Source of the DNA: a virus
Virus record (IMG/VR): IMGVR_UViG_3300045825_000261
Coordinates: 21,175-85,174 of that record
Length of the DNA stretch: 64,000 nt
Direction: 5' to 3' (one strand)
The notes under the pieces were generated by a model. The model saw only the letters and a program-made list of their open reading frames with translations, was not told where the DNA came from and did no database searches. Of the stretch, positions 49,201 to 58,925 are shown piece after piece. Each line of letters begins with the position of its first letter. The first letter of the stretch is position 1. Both the position numbers and the translations under genes were made by a program.

Positions 49201-51937
49201 CCGCAAGGCTGCGCAATATCTGAGGAAGAGTTACCGCAATGCCAAAGAATCCACGCAGCGTAAGAGTAACTGCCGTAATCGCCCCCGCCATCATTGTCGC
49301 TTGGGCGGCTACCGGATGTCCTTCAAACATCGACCCAAGCGCGTCGCCAACCTTAGACACCACCTCAAAGAACTTTGTCAGAAGCGGAAGAATGCTTGCG
49401 CCAAGACTTGTTTTCAAGTTTGTCATTGATGCGTTGAACGAGTCTACGCTACCTGAGTAGCTCTTCATTACATCCTTGTCCATTCCATCGGCGGTCTTAC
49501 TGCTCAGAATCTTGCTTGCTTGAGCGTCTGCGCGAGCCATCTTGTCCGAGTCGCCCGCTGTCGTAAGCATACTTTGCGCGGTAACAGACCATCCGGTAAT
49601 CGTAGAGAATTTACGCATCGCGTTACGGCGAAGCTCTTCGTCACTCGTGTCGGCGGACTTACTTCCAAAGTATTTCTCGATGTTCTCAGGGCGAGACATG
49701 TACTTGTACGCCGCGTTCGCAACCTGCTTCATCGCCTCAACTGGGTCAGCATTTGACAATTGGGCAACCTTTAGACCGCCCATAGCGAGTGCCTTACGGC
49801 CCTCCTTGCCCGTCTTGCCGCCGGCGTTAGTTGGGTCAATCAAACCCGCGCCAGCGAATTCATCTTGCGCCTCAGCGGTCATACGACCGCCGTTCATCAT
49901 CTTCTGAAACATCTTCACCGCAGTGCCTACGGTAGAAACCCCAGACGCAGCACCTCCGCCGCCATGTCCTGAAACTTTCGCTTCGTCCATGAACGCAACC
50001 ATTTTGGCGATGCCCTTATCACTCATGGTATTCGCGCCAAGGTTGTCACGACGCAAGAAGGTTTCCAAGTCAGCAATGTCAATCTTGCGACCAGTGCCCA
50101 TTACAATCTTTTGAACCAAGTCGATTGTGTTTTTTGCCGCCGATGAGTCTTTTGTCTGACCGCGAGCTTCGATAACGCCCGAAATGTTTCGGATCATGTT
50201 CTCAAAGCCCTCTGGAGACTTATCGCCTGTCACGGTCTGAATGTTATGAGCCGCCTTTGCTGCTTGAGGCAGCAATTCATTGATCGTAGCTTGACTGACG
50301 TTAGGCATACCGCCCATCATCGCCAGACGACCCTTAACCATATCCAGTGCGCTTACGAACTTCAGAACCTTAGAATCGTCCCAGGCTTTCTGCGTGACGT
50401 AATCAATCTGATCTTTTGGCAGATTGAGCCCCTTCAGAACCAATTCCTCACGCTGGAACTTGTCGGCCGAATCAACAGACGCGCCCATTCCGTGAGTGAT
50501 CTTTGACGCAGCCCACAACTGAGCCATGCCCTTGAGCATATCTGAGGTTTGCTTGATCTGAGCGCGTTCCGATTCCGCTGCCGCACGAGCGATTGCTGCT
50601 TGTTCTTTTGCCTGCTCTGCTTTTGCGCGAGTCTCCTGACGGTACAGCATCACCTTTTCATTATGAAGCTGCTGTGCTTTTAGCTTATCTTCGCGATATG
50701 CCGCCGTAGCCGCTGTCGCGGTCGCCCTCTCGTCTGCACGCCTCTGCTTCTCTGCCGCCGCGTTTGCTACTGCCGTTTGTTTTGCTATCTCACGCTTTGC
50801 CAATGACTCAGCGCGGGCCTCATCTATGCGGGCCTTCGCCTCTTCTCTTTCCTGTGCCGACGTTTCTCGATTCATTTGAGCGAAATACTCTTTCGCCTCT
50901 TTTAGAATTATCTCTTGCTCTTTTGCGGCCTTTCGCGCCGATCTGACCTTTTCCGCATCAGCTTCGCGACTCGCCCTTAACTCTTCACGCTTTTGGCGAA
51001 CAGCCTCTTCTGAGCGCTTCTTTTCCTGCTCCGCGAGCGCTTTGTCTAGCGCGGCGTCTTCTGCTTCAGCCCGACGCTCTCTCATCATCGCTTCGTTTGC
51101 GACATTGCTTCTCTCTGCGGTTATGCGCATTTCCTCCTTCGCTAGTTCGATGCTCTTTGAAATTTCTGAATTCTTCCACTTTATTTCACGAACTAGCGAC
51201 TCTATATGCGTCGCCTGCGCTTTTACCGCCTCTGCCTCTGCTGCGTATGCTGCTGCCTCTGCACGCGCCGGTGCTCCCTTTGCCGCGTTTTTCCCAAAGA
51301 ACCTGTTAGCGTCCTGTGATGCGAAGTTGCTTGATGTTGCCAGCTTCGACTCAACGGCGACAAGTTCTTTAACTAAAGCCCTTCGCTCCGCTATAATTTT
51401 TGAGTTTGTTTTTCGCTCCGCCTCTAGCGTGACTAGGCGATCTTTGACAGAAGACTCCGAACCTCTCTTCGCAGAATTCGACGCGGCGTCTGTAGAGTGA
51501 GCCAATTCCAGGTATCCTCTGGACGCCTTTTTTATCTCAGAGTCGAGCGCCGACATTGCGTTGCGATACGTGTCGGACTCTTTCGCCGCGCCTGACAGGC
51601 TTTGCTTTAGCGGGCTAAGACTTGAATTAAGTTCGTCAGAGGCTTTTTTTACACCTCTAGTGCCGGCAGACACCTCGTCAAACTTTTCTGCGGCAGACGT
51701 AAGCTTCTCCGCGAAACTATTGATGGTTTGTTCAAGCGACTTGAACTGCTGCGCTGCTCCGGTAACGCTTTTACCGAAGCCTTCAATGTTCTTCTCAAAG
51801 TTATTCGCTACCTTTGAGGCGTTCTGCAAATCTTTGCCAAGATCAGAAAGCCCGACGACCGCCTTCTCCAGCGCCGGTGAAAATTTACTCACATCTAGCG
51901 TGAGCGTGGTGCTGATATTTCCTGAGGTGGTCGTCAT
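46256..51937 (-). CDS. tail tape measure protein
   Basis: 1893 aa coiled coil; C-terminal FANGGIM..YATGG..FGEAG.EA; position after chaperones. Confidence 0.92.
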   Translation of the reverse strand: MTTTSGNISTTLTLDVSKFSPALEKAVVGLSDLGKDLQNASKVANNFEKNIEGFGKSVTGAAQQFKSLEQTINSFAEKLTSAAEKFDEVSAGTRGVKKASDELNSSLSPLKQSLSGAAKESDTYRNAMSALDSEIKKASRGYLELAHSTDAASNSAKRGSESSVKDRLVTLEAERKTNSKIIAERRALVKELVAVESKLATSSNFASQDANRFFGKNAAKGAPARAEAAAYAAEAEAVKAQATHIESLVREIKWKNSEISKSIELAKEEMRITAERSNVANEAMMRERRAEAEDAALDKALAEQEKKRSEEAVRQKREELRASREADAEKVRSARKAAKEQEIILKEAKEYFAQMNRETSAQEREEAKARIDEARAESLAKREIAKQTAVANAAAEKQRRADERATATAATAAYREDKLKAQQLHNEKVMLYRQETRAKAEQAKEQAAIARAAAESERAQIKQTSDMLKGMAQLWAASKITHGMGASVDSADKFQREELVLKGLNLPKDQIDYVTQKAWDDSKVLKFVSALDMVKGRLAMMGGMPNVSQATINELLPQAAKAAHNIQTVTGDKSPEGFENMIRNISGVIEARGQTKDSSAAKNTIDLVQKIVMGTGRKIDIADLETFLRRDNLGANTMSDKGIAKMVAFMDEAKVSGHGGGGAASGVSTVGTAVKMFQKMMNGGRMTAEAQDEFAGAGLIDPTNAGGKTGKEGRKALAMGGLKVAQLSNADPVEAMKQVANAAYKYMSRPENIEKYFGSKSADTSDEELRRNAMRKFSTITGWSVTAQSMLTTAGDSDKMARADAQASKILSSKTADGMDKDVMKSYSGSVDSFNASMTNLKTSLGASILPLLTKFFEVVSKVGDALGSMFEGHPVAAQATMMAGAITAVTLTLRGFFGIAVTLPQILRSLAVANTAVATSATTAAVGETAMTRTSLSAAMGLRAQASAATIAAGGTATVAATTTAAAVAQGGMTVATGVLSRAMMLLGGPIGLITTALGIGLLAWSNWGNAAEEAAQKAEDAVGRAERAAAGMSTVKDKTETEKRIAEAKELREKGSKEVERAGKGVLEGGLLNFKVEGQKKIDEADRILKTETATLALQERSLEMQERKNALMQKNNEELAKENKRIDEVSKKESVQFKIDQTAHQEKLKNKKGYKESSEGKKEEKRLTEFKTTKDKIDAAKEKIKHSEVDTSGGFKIADDLKKKPREFEDGLIKFASIATGKNEVSQLKLQSLATGADTYEKRAEANFKAQLLAGNMDDGGDPRNRRLRKGHYEKKGGKEVWKNDREYDKNNPLGEEDVDLNSQKRIKIGGKWTTEGAVAQKAMAAYAQQQQAVDIAKGLKSAGELSAASKVSAAESSTFLASGGKDHRDAALVALERDLARREKDAPGLDKNADYLREKGEALSNQTLASAQLRLGKMLTDQKKPEEWDGSSVLSKESKAVKKFEEDTKEAVDLTKKHIEELKRLGADTTMLKDNLKKYEENAEKQKAQMQKTALDHQVVTWKNSMDEINGLKAKWGSAMMTDLERMVQGRNANGTRMTGRQMGTMARGTLAGMATDTSNMLLHRATGDLVGGAANMIGGGVSKIFGLDQTSGLGALLSGNKGPSKPDGTAQNPLVTVQGVSPAATIANAATAPAGMLAQALDKAKTTVGGFLSSIFGAKTATDGMAKSAVDVAVKGASEVAGMTTRMSAEQAATLSLTNLAAAATSAAASIAASGGGGGGGGGGLLGGLMGGGTGAASAGAASAGGSIMGPMGIDGLISTIPFANGGIMTNFGQVELKKYATGGIANSPQLAMFGEAGPEAYVPLPDGRSIPVTMKGAASATSSSKQGGQAINISIIVNQAAGGDATATSSQPAGNTATKMNNLAANISALVRQEMVSQLRPGGLLYK

Positions 51938-51956
51938 GCTCTTTCCTTAGTTGTTG

Positions 51957-52235
51957 CTACACTGTCATTGCCTTTAGCTCTGCGATACCAGCACTATCCT
52001 TTTCCGCCATCGCCTCACGCAGAGGGTCGTCCATCAATGTCACCACCGTTCCGACCTCAAGAACCAATTTCTCATGGTGACCCACCGCCATTTCCCCACT
52101 CTGGCTACACATCGTCACTTCCAAAGCTCTCATGTCATGCTGTGCGTTTATTCTGTCAATTTGAGCATTCATGAACCAGAACATCTTAATTGGCAACGCA
52201 AGCATCTCTTCGTAACTGAGTCCGTAAAAACGCAT
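51957..52235 (-). CDS. tail assembly chaperone GT (frameshift C-terminal part)
   Basis: The -1 frame is open from GGGAAAC (52289-52295) into this ORF. Confidence 0.8.
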   Translation of the reverse strand: MRFYGLSYEEMLALPIKMFWFMNAQIDRINAQHDMRALEVTMCSQSGEMAVGHHEKLVLEVGTVVTLMDDPLREAMAEKDSAGIAELKAMTV

Positions 52236-52285
52236 ATTTCGACAAAACAGAAACCCAAAATCGAGCTCCTGTATGTCAGGGGTCT

Positions 52286-52603
52286 TTAGTTTCCCGCTTC
52301 GTCCTTTGTGGTCTCAATACCATCAACATCGTCGCCGCGCACGAACGCTACAATTGCTTGCAGTGTTTCCAGCGACAGTCCGCCAAGGCCAGCGCGAGTC
52401 GCGGTAGGAATGCTGCGTAAAATCATTTCTGTCGTAGCTTCAACCTGAACGGCAAGCGAGGTCTCGTTAGCGATGCGCTCCGCTGCGCGTGTTGTTTCGA
52501 TAAAGTTATCTACCGTCATTTCCTGAACAACATGCTCAACGCCAGCCAATATCAGCTTGCGCACTTCTTTTTTGCCAACCTTGTCTAAGTTTAATACTTT
52601 CAT
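52286..52603 (-). CDS. tail assembly chaperone G
   Basis: Between tail tube and TMP; ends G GGA AAC TAA. Confidence 0.82.
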   Translation of the reverse strand: MKVLNLDKVGKKEVRKLILAGVEHVVQEMTVDNFIETTRAAERIANETSLAVQVEATTEMILRSIPTATRAGLGGLSLETLQAIVAFVRGDDVDGIETTKDEAGN

Positions 52604-52628
52604 TTGAAACTCCTGTAGTTAAAATATA

Positions 52629-52648
52629 AACCCCGCCGAGGCGGGGTC
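52629..52648 (-). terminator. terminator after tail tube
   Basis: ACCCCGCC-GA-GGCGGGGT hairpin. Confidence 0.6.
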
Positions 52649-52686
52649 TAATGTTGCAAAACATAAATCACCGCTGACTTAGTATA

Positions 52687-53532
52687 TTACAAAGCGCCGA
52701 TATTGCCAATAGCAAACAGACGACTTGTCGTTGGGTCTGGGAAACCTGCAAACTCAACGTTGAATACGCGCTCATCTTCCAGTTTGTATGCGTATGTAAG
52801 TGCGCCAGATGTTGCTGCCAAGAACACTATAAAGTCTTCGCTGAAGTCGGTGGCTGCGTTTGCGATCGGATGCAGAACCAGACGTTGAGCGATGTTCAGC
52901 AAACTTACACCAATGGCGGTAGGAACAATCACATTACTCACAACCGCATCAGTACCGCCTGCCAGTGTTGCGCCCAAAGTGAACGTTGCACCTACGCCTG
53001 TCTTGGTTACGGCAATCAAATTGCCGGCAACGCCAGTGTTGTCGGATGTCAATGTGAAGGTTGTAGCGGTTGCCGTTGCTGTTATCGCCAGCCCTGCGTA
53101 GTTTGAAACCTCTGTCGCCAAGTTTGCCAACGACGCTGCAAGCGTCAAGCCAATAGCGATGTCGAGCGGTGTTACTGCCACGACTTTCCATGTAAACACC
53201 ACCCCACCAATTATCAGCGTGTCATTTGCCGCAAACTGACCAGTGATCGCGCCGGACGTGATGGATGCCTTCACGGCGTCGGTTGTTAAAACTGCACCTG
53301 GCATAACTTGAACCAAGTTTTCCAAAGTTGTTTCAGCCATAGGCACTTTTACATGCACTTCGCGACCCATGATGTATTCGTTGATTGGGGTCTTGCCGAA
53401 CTGATCGACATTTACCTTATGTGTGTCTGTTTTTACGGAAACCTCAACGCCGCCCTTGGTGTAGCCAAGATCGTAACCGCCGAAGGATACCTTACAAACG
53501 CCAAGCTTGACGTTCTTAGTATTTGAAGCCAT
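52687..53532 (-). CDS. major tail (tube) protein
   Basis: NVKLGVC.V.FGG.DLGYTKGGVEV; AAGGAG RBS before ATG 53532. Confidence 0.85.
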   Translation of the reverse strand: MASNTKNVKLGVCKVSFGGYDLGYTKGGVEVSVKTDTHKVNVDQFGKTPINEYIMGREVHVKVPMAETTLENLVQVMPGAVLTTDAVKASITSGAITGQFAANDTLIIGGVVFTWKVVAVTPLDIAIGLTLAASLANLATEVSNYAGLAITATATATTFTLTSDNTGVAGNLIAVTKTGVGATFTLGATLAGGTDAVVSNVIVPTAIGVSLLNIAQRLVLHPIANAATDFSEDFIVFLAATSGALTYAYKLEDERVFNVEFAGFPDPTTSRLFAIGNIGAL

Positions 53533-53598
53533 TGTAATACTCCTTTGCAAAGGGTTATATAAGTCATTACTTACTTATCAAGCGTACCACAAAATAGG

Positions 53599-54129
53599 CT
53601 ATCTGTCCAGAGCGCGTAGCGCTGCGGCAATAATCTTGCCAAGTCTTGCCGGCATTGTTTCTTCAACCTTTTGTCTTGCTCGATCTATGAATCTGCCACC
53701 TGCCTCTACGCCGTAATCGTTGCCTCTACTGACCGACTCTTTAGATGGCATAAAACTCTTTCCTCCAGACATCGGCGCACCTTGCGTACTTCCCCAACCC
53801 ATATACTCATGAACCTGTCTCGAATAGTCGCCGACGGTTGTGTCTGATGTTTTCTTGTCCTTTGACACCGGATGACTGTCGTTTACATAAATTTCGTAAC
53901 TGAGGCGCATCGCTACGGGTCCTATTCTTGCAAACTGACCCTTTTCATTTCTCGCCTTTAGTAAAATCGCATCCTGAAGATCACCATACTCATACGGAGC
54001 CATGTGTTTTGCGGTCTCCTGAGTCTCAAGCGCTATCTCAAGAAACTCTTGATTGCAACGGTCAGGAAGTTGCGCCGCCCTCACAAGTCTCGCAACCGCC
54101 CCTTCTAGCCCCTCGTGCTCGAATGTCAT
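53599..54129 (-). CDS. neck protein (HK97 gp10-like)
   Basis: AKHMAP..GDLQDAI, VHE, GGRFIDRA. Confidence 0.65.
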   Translation of the reverse strand: MTFEHEGLEGAVARLVRAAQLPDRCNQEFLEIALETQETAKHMAPYEYGDLQDAILLKARNEKGQFARIGPVAMRLSYEIYVNDSHPVSKDKKTSDTTVGDYSRQVHEYMGWGSTQGAPMSGGKSFMPSKESVSRGNDYGVEAGGRFIDRARQKVEETMPARLGKIIAAALRALDR

Positions 54130-54506
54130 TAGATTACGAACGCCACGTCGAAATCAACAGCAAATTCGAGTAGGTTGCCTTTCGATATGGGGAACACAAC
54201 TGGCAGCGTTCTTGGGCGAATGTACTTAAAGAGCATTTCACCTATTTGTGTTTCGTGCAGCGTTAATACGTCAACCGCCGTCTTCGCTCTACTCTCGCCG
54301 TCTTGGTAACTGTTGGCGCGAACGACAAGTTGAAAGCTGGTTTTGTAGAATCCGGGCAACTCGTGATCAATTTTCGTTCCGGCCAGTGGGCTGCGAAGCA
54401 TAATGCCACTCACACAGTCGATTGGTATTTGGTTGACGAAAATCGTTTTCGCTCGCGTCCCTAGCCCCGCCGTTTCAATGTAGTCCGCAACTGGTAGAAG
54501 GTTCAT
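54129..54506 (-). CDS. tail terminator/completion protein
   Basis: Position and IDHELPGFYK..FQLVVR motif. Confidence 0.65.
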   Translation of the reverse strand: MNLLPVADYIETAGLGTRAKTIFVNQIPIDCVSGIMLRSPLAGTKIDHELPGFYKTSFQLVVRANSYQDGESRAKTAVDVLTLHETQIGEMLFKYIRPRTLPVVFPISKGNLLEFAVDFDVAFVI

Positions 54507-54856
54507 TATGCGCCCGTCCAGTATGTGCATTTAACTTCGTAATGATCTATGTCGCCAAGCAAATCAACTCGCGGGTGCATCGACATGATGCGGAACTGAT
54601 GCCCCATCAGCTCAACGTTGTCGTCAATGTTAGCCACGGTATTCTTCGCCAAGAGCAGAACTGCATCAGCCTCCATTTCACGAGCATTGCCTCGCGTTGC
54701 CGAAGTATCTGCGCGAACGGCAGACTTCTCATTTGACATCACCATCTTCACGACCGCGCAGCGCTCTGTGTGCTTTAGTCCAGGCGTAGGCATACCGTAA
54801 ATGTCTGTAGTTCCCGACGCTGCGTGTATAACGCAGTTTTTATTAGCTCTGAACAT
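54506..54856 (-). CDS. head closure protein
   Basis: DIYG, SAVRADTSATRG; neck position. Confidence 0.6.
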   Translation of the reverse strand: MFRANKNCVIHAASGTTDIYGMPTPGLKHTERCAVVKMVMSNEKSAVRADTSATRGNAREMEADAVLLLAKNTVANIDDNVELMGHQFRIMSMHPRVDLLGDIDHYEVKCTYWTGA

Positions 54857-55511
54857 ACCCATCAATCCTTGCTGTTGAATTTACATGAAACGCACTTGCT
54901 CTCACCTCATCAAATGTCGGGTATCCATCAATTCGACCTCTCGTGGAAAATACAACGTCGTCTTCATTATCTCTTTTCGTCTCTCTCCAGCGATGCGCAA
55001 GCGTGTATCCTGAATCTGCAAGATTGACAACGCGCTGATCAAGCCATGCCTGATACGCAAAATCTCGCACCGTCGTTAGCACCAGACTTTCAGCATCCCA
55101 TCTTCTGTTTGACGTGTCGTACAGCTTAAACTCGATCTTCCCAAGCTTTTTCTGAAGCAGTAGCCCAACTGCCCCATGAGCGCCAATCATCGCTCTCTTA
55201 TGGTCCGCTATGCCAACTCTCGCCATTTTCTCCATCTGACTTACGTTTTCTGTCGTCGCCCTCTCCAATTGCGCAATCATCCCGTCCGCCGAAGTTGTGA
55301 GTCCGTTTACCGCGACGTACTCCCACAAATTTGATCTAGCAGACTCAAGGAATGTGTTCGCCATTTCTCTAGACCTGATTAATATGCTTTTTACAGATGC
55401 CGGCGACACCGCAACCCCAGTTACGGTGCTTTCGTGATAAATGCCCGCAAGCGCAGCCAGAAACATTTTGTAACTCGCAAACACTCGTAAAGCAAGTTCG
55501 TCGTATGGCAT
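54843..55511 (-). CDS. putative minor head protein
   Basis: YDTSNRRW..FHVNS pattern; head module position. Confidence 0.55.
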   Translation of the reverse strand: MPYDELALRVFASYKMFLAALAGIYHESTVTGVAVSPASVKSILIRSREMANTFLESARSNLWEYVAVNGLTTSADGMIAQLERATTENVSQMEKMARVGIADHKRAMIGAHGAVGLLLQKKLGKIEFKLYDTSNRRWDAESLVLTTVRDFAYQAWLDQRVVNLADSGYTLAHRWRETKRDNEDDVVFSTRGRIDGYPTFDEVRASAFHVNSTARIDGYVQS

Positions 55512-55514
55512 TAT

Positions 55515-56408
55515 TTAACCTCTACCAATGCGCTTAGAAAACGTCACAAAAGCACTCAGGTAACGCAGCGCTCTCTTCGAGACTGGAAGATCAAGAGGCT
55601 TACCCGTCCTGAACATTTGCTTAACTTCGCCGATGGATTCGAGTAATAGCCCTTCACGGCGACGAAGCTCTACCGGATCACCGCCTAATATTGAGTCTGC
55701 TTCCGCAACCTGCGCCAAACGCAGCGCCGTCTTGAAGCGCTCAGGCAGACGGCCGTATTGTAGTGGTGTCAAAAGCCCCAAGTTTCCGTTGAACACGAAC
55801 ATATTGTTGGCGCCGGCCGATGCGTACTGAGTCTGGTACGCCCCTTCCGGAACATAGTTCATGTTGTCCTGGCCCCAATTGGTATTTGAGTTCAGAAGCC
55901 AGAAATTAAGCTGACAAATATGATTACGTGCCGTGATCATTGCTGCAATTTTGTCCTGATCACTTGCTGCATTCCAGCCTGTCAGGTTTGAAATGTCCAT
56001 CGCCGTCAGTTCTGCTTTCGTTAAAGGCTGAAACGAATTAATGCCTACTCGCAGTGGGTCTTGGTGCTCAAGGCCGTATGTGACATTTATAACAATCGTA
56101 TTTCCGGATGCGAGCGTACAACTAAGCTCCGCCACACGCGCCTCACGTGTGTTAAATGTGTCGATCTGTTTTGAGGTTATCGCGGAGTCTGCTGGCACTT
56201 CGGCGATTATGTTTTTTACCGCCGGAACAAGTATTGCCGCATAGGCGTCTCCAGGCGCATAAGTGTCGAGCGCTATAGATGCGACTTTCTCTACCCCGTC
56301 CTGATCAACCACCCGATAGGAGATTAAGTCAACGGTGAGCGCATTCCCGTTTCTGTCAACAAGAGGCACTGACAGGTTTACGTCTGTTCCCGCTAGGTAG
56401 AGTTCCAT
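55515..56408 (-). CDS. head-tail adaptor-like protein
   Basis: GINSF..A..W..K.AA, LPE.FK.A, SIGE; follows capsid genes. Confidence 0.65.
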   Translation of the reverse strand: MELYLAGTDVNLSVPLVDRNGNALTVDLISYRVVDQDGVEKVASIALDTYAPGDAYAAILVPAVKNIIAEVPADSAITSKQIDTFNTREARVAELSCTLASGNTIVINVTYGLEHQDPLRVGINSFQPLTKAELTAMDISNLTGWNAASDQDKIAAMITARNHICQLNFWLLNSNTNWGQDNMNYVPEGAYQTQYASAGANNMFVFNGNLGLLTPLQYGRLPERFKTALRLAQVAEADSILGGDPVELRRREGLLLESIGEVKQMFRTGKPLDLPVSKRALRYLSAFVTFSKRIGRG

Positions 56409-56410
56409 AA

Positions 56411-56839
56411 TTATTCAGCTCTTGCGGAGATTCCTGCCTTAACAATCAACTCGATCAGCCCGCCAATCGAGTTGCTTTTTAGCCCGAATGGTTCCGCAAT
56501 CGTGCGCAGACCAGCAATACCCTCCTCGTCTGCAATTGTGCCAAGTTGCTCTTCGGTGTATGTGGGAAGTTTTGTGGCATAGGCCTTTGCAACCTCTTCC
56601 TCTTCCTGCGCTTTCGCTTTTTGCTCGCTCTCAACCGGAGCTTGCATGTGTAAATTGTCCATATATACCTGCCCCACGTTAGCGGCGGTTCCATCTTCCC
56701 ACTCGCAATTCATTACCGCAGCCATGCGAGCCCCCACATTTGGCAGAACATCGGCAGTTGACAAGCCATCAACAAAGTCAGTAATACCCATTTGTCCTGT
56801 ATATTTTTCGTAATGCAGTGCTGTAAGTCGTAATTTCAT
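56411..56839 (-). CDS. hypothetical head-module protein
   Basis: ORF with GGGAG RBS. Confidence 0.7.
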   Translation of the reverse strand: MKLRLTALHYEKYTGQMGITDFVDGLSTADVLPNVGARMAAVMNCEWEDGTAANVGQVYMDNLHMQAPVESEQKAKAQEEEEVAKAYATKLPTYTEEQLGTIADEEGIAGLRTIAEPFGLKSNSIGGLIELIVKAGISARAE

Positions 56840-56855
56840 TTCATGCTCCCGAATG

Positions 56856-56887
56856 TGAAAGGGCGAGCCGTTAAACTCGCCCTTTCA
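56856..56887 (-). terminator. terminator after major capsid gene
   Basis: TGAAAGGGCGAG...CTCGCCCTTTCA. Confidence 0.7.
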
Positions 56888-56919
56888 TTCTAAGTCAGTT
56901 GTGACTTAATCACAAGGAC

Positions 56920-57849
56920 TTAGATGTTAGTGAGACCTTTAATTTGAGCGATCGAACGAGTCGATTTAAGAGCCATGCCGGTGTACCACTTCAGGCGGAT
57001 ACGTGTTGCATCTTTGTTTTGAACAGTGCCGATGTTTTCAACTACGATACCAGCGTTGTCACCGCCATATAAACCATGCAAGCCATCCAACTCGTTCAGA
57101 CGCAGAGCGTATATGGAGCAAGTGGCGGCGTTTGTTCCGGCAACTTCATTACCTGCCAAGAACTCATTCATGATGACTGGGATACCGTTATGGGTCAGCA
57201 TTGGGCGACCGAAGTTTTCCAATTGCTGCATAACTGCATCAGTGCCGTATGTTGCACGCAACAGTGAGCGGAATGCACGCATTGTACCCCGGCGCATAAC
57301 GATAGCATCCGCACCGTTTGGAACCATGTCGCACAGTTGATCCATCATGCTCAGCGTCAGAGCTCCGCCGTTTGCGCCTGCGGTGTCAACTTGTTGACCG
57401 CCAGCAGTTGCAGCGTAAGTCTGTGCGTTTGCAGCCAGCGTTGGCAGACCGTCAAAACCGTTACCGCCAGCAGCTACACCAGTTGCCAGTTGTTGATGGA
57501 ATTTCAAAGCCAAACCCTTTGCCTTTTTAGCAATTTGGATTGCCATTTGGTCATTGGTGTCGCTTTGAGTTGCTTGCAAGAACTTGTCCACATCAACGTC
57601 GCCAGCGAGAATTTTCAAAGTAGTGACAACTTCGTTAAATGTGGAAGCGCTTTCGTTAATTGGGTCATTCGGATTCAAAAAGTCCGCGCTCGCCAGTGTG
57701 TTTTCTTGGTTGTAGACGTAAGCCTTGCCGTTCACGCCAACGAAAGGCAGAACAGAAAACAAATCGTCACGATAGATGATTTCCTCGATAACGCCGGAAA
57801 CCAGTTGGTTGTTACTCAAGTGTGCAGCTTGTGCAGACAATAATGGCAT
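56920..57849 (-). CDS. major capsid protein
   Basis: LSNNQLVSGVIEEI, LAGDVDVDKF, FDGL, RIRLKWY; follows scaffold. Confidence 0.9.
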   Translation of the reverse strand: MPLLSAQAAHLSNNQLVSGVIEEIIYRDDLFSVLPFVGVNGKAYVYNQENTLASADFLNPNDPINESASTFNEVVTTLKILAGDVDVDKFLQATQSDTNDQMAIQIAKKAKGLALKFHQQLATGVAAGGNGFDGLPTLAANAQTYAATAGGQQVDTAGANGGALTLSMMDQLCDMVPNGADAIVMRRGTMRAFRSLLRATYGTDAVMQQLENFGRPMLTHNGIPVIMNEFLAGNEVAGTNAATCSIYALRLNELDGLHGLYGGDNAGIVVENIGTVQNKDATRIRLKWYTGMALKSTRSIAQIKGLTNI

Positions 57850-57922
57850 TTCAGTTCCTTTAAGAGAAGTTAAACCGCTTTGTTCGGCTGTCTAAGTCTC
57901 TCTAGTCACCGATGACTTGCGC

Positions 57923-57966
57923 ATCCTACCACAAGTGGCAGAAATTATCAAGTCACGGGTGACTTA
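57923..57966 (-). promoter_or_regulatory. capsid promoter with operator overlapping -35
   Basis: TTGATA-17-TAGGAT; palindrome at 57949-57966, second site at 57902-57919. Confidence 0.6.
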
Positions 57967-57977
57967 CTTAATTGAGA

Positions 57978-58856
57978 CTACTTACTGCCGTTTGTTGCAA
58001 CCTTCAAACTCGCAAGCCCTTGAGCGATTTTGCCGATACTTGTGGTATCTGCCATTTGCTTAGAGGCGTTCGCGGAACTACCTGAAGGCTTCTTGGTGTC
58101 TGAGCCTGCCCCTGGTTTAATCTTACTTTTCAGCATGTGATCTTTTTCAGGGTCAGCCTCAACAATTTTGCGCATTGCGTCTTCAAACGCAACTGAGTTG
58201 CCGTACTGGTCAACGATTGCTGTGCGGTTAGCTGCGCCACGCGGCTTGTCGTAACCAACTACTTCGCCATCAACCAAATCAAAGTGATCGCCGTAAATTA
58301 CGCGAGCCTTGCCTGGGGTTAGCGTCAGCTCTTCTGAAATGAACTGTGACTGCCCAAACTTGCTACCGATAGACAGTTCGTTAATTGTGTTGTTGGCTTG
58401 ACCGAGCGTAGATTGCAGCGCTTCGAGTTGCTGTTTAACGCTTCCCATTTCGCGAGTGTGTTCTTCAGACATGCGCGTCTTCAAGCGGTCCCAGTCACCT
58501 TTGGCCTCTAATGCTTTGCTTTCGGCAGACTTTTGGTCTTCCAGCAGCTTGCGAATTGCGTCTGGGTCAATGCCCTCAAACTGTTTCAGCTTTGCTTCGA
58601 GAGACGCTTTCTCTTCGCCGGCCTTGCGCAGTTCCTCTTTGCGCTTCATGTTTTCCTTCAACAGACGTGCCTCTTCGTCAGTTGGGCCTTTCTTACCGCC
58701 TTTGTCGCCGTCACCAGCGTCACCCGCTGCGCCCTGACCGGCATCACCTGTGCCTTGGCCGCCGTCACCAGCACCACCCGCTGCACCGCCAGTACCGTCG
58801 CCGGCCTGATCCATGTATCCACTTTGAGCCAACAATTTTCTTAACAGGTAGTTCAT
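57978..58856 (-). CDS. capsid scaffolding protein
   Basis: Gly-rich N-terminus, coiled coil, position between portal and MCP. Confidence 0.8.
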   Translation of the reverse strand: MNYLLRKLLAQSGYMDQAGDGTGGAAGGAGDGGQGTGDAGQGAAGDAGDGDKGGKKGPTDEEARLLKENMKRKEELRKAGEEKASLEAKLKQFEGIDPDAIRKLLEDQKSAESKALEAKGDWDRLKTRMSEEHTREMGSVKQQLEALQSTLGQANNTINELSIGSKFGQSQFISEELTLTPGKARVIYGDHFDLVDGEVVGYDKPRGAANRTAIVDQYGNSVAFEDAMRKIVEADPEKDHMLKSKIKPGAGSDTKKPSGSSANASKQMADTTSIGKIAQGLASLKVATNGSK

Positions 58857-58925
58857 TTTATTGCCTTTCCGACCATTCTCTTGGTCATGGTTAAATATGC
58901 CAATCAGTCACTTGATTGACGGTTA

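Noticed and set aside
58901-58921. Possible operator upstream of scaffold (and a degenerate one at 15189 within xis)
   Set aside because: Too many mismatches or wrong spacing; not counted.
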